A DNA stretch of 62,693 nucleotides, filler included, from Chiloscyllium plagiosum (lineage: Eukaryota): NCBI RefSeq assembly GCF_004010195.1. It is 3 parts of one record of this genome, joined end to end, with 100 filler letters (N's around TTAATTAATTAA, not from the genome) between each part and the next. Parts side by side here need not be neighbours in the genome. Positions count along the whole stretch, not along the records: positions 35,694 to 62,693 come from NC_057710.1; 2 more parts are not named here. One strand, 5' to 3'. Made by a program: the position numbers and the translations under genes. Shown one piece after another: positions 61,424 to 62,693 of the stretch (position 1 is its first letter; each line of letters opens with the position of its first letter). The notes under the pieces were generated by a model. That model had not been told where the DNA came from, made no database searches, and was given only the letters and a program-made list of their open reading frames with translations.

Positions 61424-62106
61424 TTTAAAAATCACACAACACCAGGTTATCGTCTAACAGGTTTATTTGGAAGCACTAGCTTTCAGAACGCTGCTCCTTC
61501 GTCAGATAGTTAGTGGAGTAGGATCATAGGGCCCAGAATTTAAGTAAAAGATCAAAGTGTCAAACTGATGCGATGTATTGAACAAACCTAGATGGCTATT
61601 AAGTCTTTAATCAGTTAGAATGGGGGTGCAGGTTTTGATTCATTAATTTGTAAGTCCCAGCATTTCCATGTGACATTTTACAAATTCCTTCTTCAGAAAT
61701 AGAACCAGTCTGGCTCAAGATTGAATACAGACAGACTGTAACCTCACACCTTTAATGCATTGTCTGAGCTGAGATATCTTTTTTTTTGTAAAACCTTAAG
61801 TTATCTCTGGAATGTGACTTAAAAGAAGTTCTGGAATTTACATATTAATGAATCGAAACCTGCGACCCATTCTAAGTGATTAAAGATTTAACAGCAATCT
61901 AGGTTTGTTCAATACATCATATCAGTTGTAAGACACAGATGTTTTACTATAAATTCTGTGTCCTATGATCCTGCCCCATTAACTACCTGTCAAAGGAGCA
62001 ACACTCTGAAAGCTAGTGCTTCCAAATAAACCTGTTGGACTATAAACTGGTGTTGCGTGATTTTTAACTTTGTCCACCCCAGTCCAATATCGGTGCCTCC
62101 ACATTG
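61424..62106. mobile_element. Penelope-like insert with ~245-bp inverted repeats, hammerhead motifs and 14-bp TSD
   Basis: ~61425-61665 is the reverse complement of ~61825-62070; TCCCTCAGACAAAG duplicated at 61410-61423 and 62107-62120; minus-strand CUGACGA-A-GGAGC-AGC-GUUCU-GAAAGCUAG at 61474-61507. Confidence 0.8.
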
Positions 62107-62693
62107 TCCCTCAGACAAAGCCATGCTGAGGATGAAGTAGGTGAGAACCACTGAGTGAATATGCGGCATGTAATAGTGAGAGTTGTAGTTCATAAGAGGC
62201 ACATGTACTGATTAAGTTAGAGTGAGTGATGGTCCTGTTAGTATAAGCATAGGGATGGGTGCTTTTGCATTTGTGAAGCACAGAGGATCTTTGGTCTACT
62301 GTGTATTCCTTTTCATCCTCTGTAACCAGGCTGTCTCGATCTGGTGGAATGGCTTCTTGTGGTGTTTAGTTGGAAAATGACTCTACCATCCCCAACTACT
62401 GAGACCTCCAGGTCCACGTCCATGAAGTGGGGAATAAGCATCCACTCCTCTGTGTGAAGTCAAACATAGAGGCTTAAGCACACAATTCAAGGGGTTATTG
62501 TTGGTGTACAGCAGTTGAGATGATGCTTTGCTGAGCTTTAAACATGGCACCACAGGCATGAAAGCCAAAAGATCCTTGCACTTCTATTTCTCCAGTCACC
62601 CGACTCCCTGCCCCCCACATATCCCACTGTCACCATTCCCGGCCCCCAGAACCCTGAGGGGAACACCACCCCTGCTCATGACTCCACCCCCAT

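Overview
Repeat-dense eukaryotic DNA with no host protein-coding gene, rRNA/tRNA gene or CRISPR array that I can support. The repeat repertoire (many CR1 LINEs, HE1/V-SINE-type tRNA-derived SINEs with CR1-like tails, Deu-domain SINEs, L2, Penelope-like elements) points to a cartilaginous fish, probably a shark (inference). Essentially every recognisable ORF in the track is a decayed transposon fragment: CR1 ORF1 esterase/RT, L2 RT, Penelope GIY-YIG, Gypsy gag/protease, PIF/Harbinger transposase and Myb/SANT partner, Tigger HTH. The window opens in a 35-bp minisatellite and contains three assembly gaps, two with an artificial TTAATTAATTAA linker. Most notable: (1) an unexplained, compositionally foreign-looking module at 29592-29872 made of two 125-bp direct repeats (2 mismatches) bridged by a 17-bp-stem hairpin; (2) minimal hammerhead-ribozyme motifs in several Penelope-type inverted repeats; (3) a 1.26-kb TG...CA solo-LTR-like insert with a 5-bp TSD and a relic reading frame; (4) an array of non-LTR 3' ends stacked at one ACACTCCTRTT site inside a Gypsy LTR; (5) a young CpG-rich Tigger-type element. 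Family calls come from motif recognition by eye, not database searches, and boundaries of old repeats are approximate.
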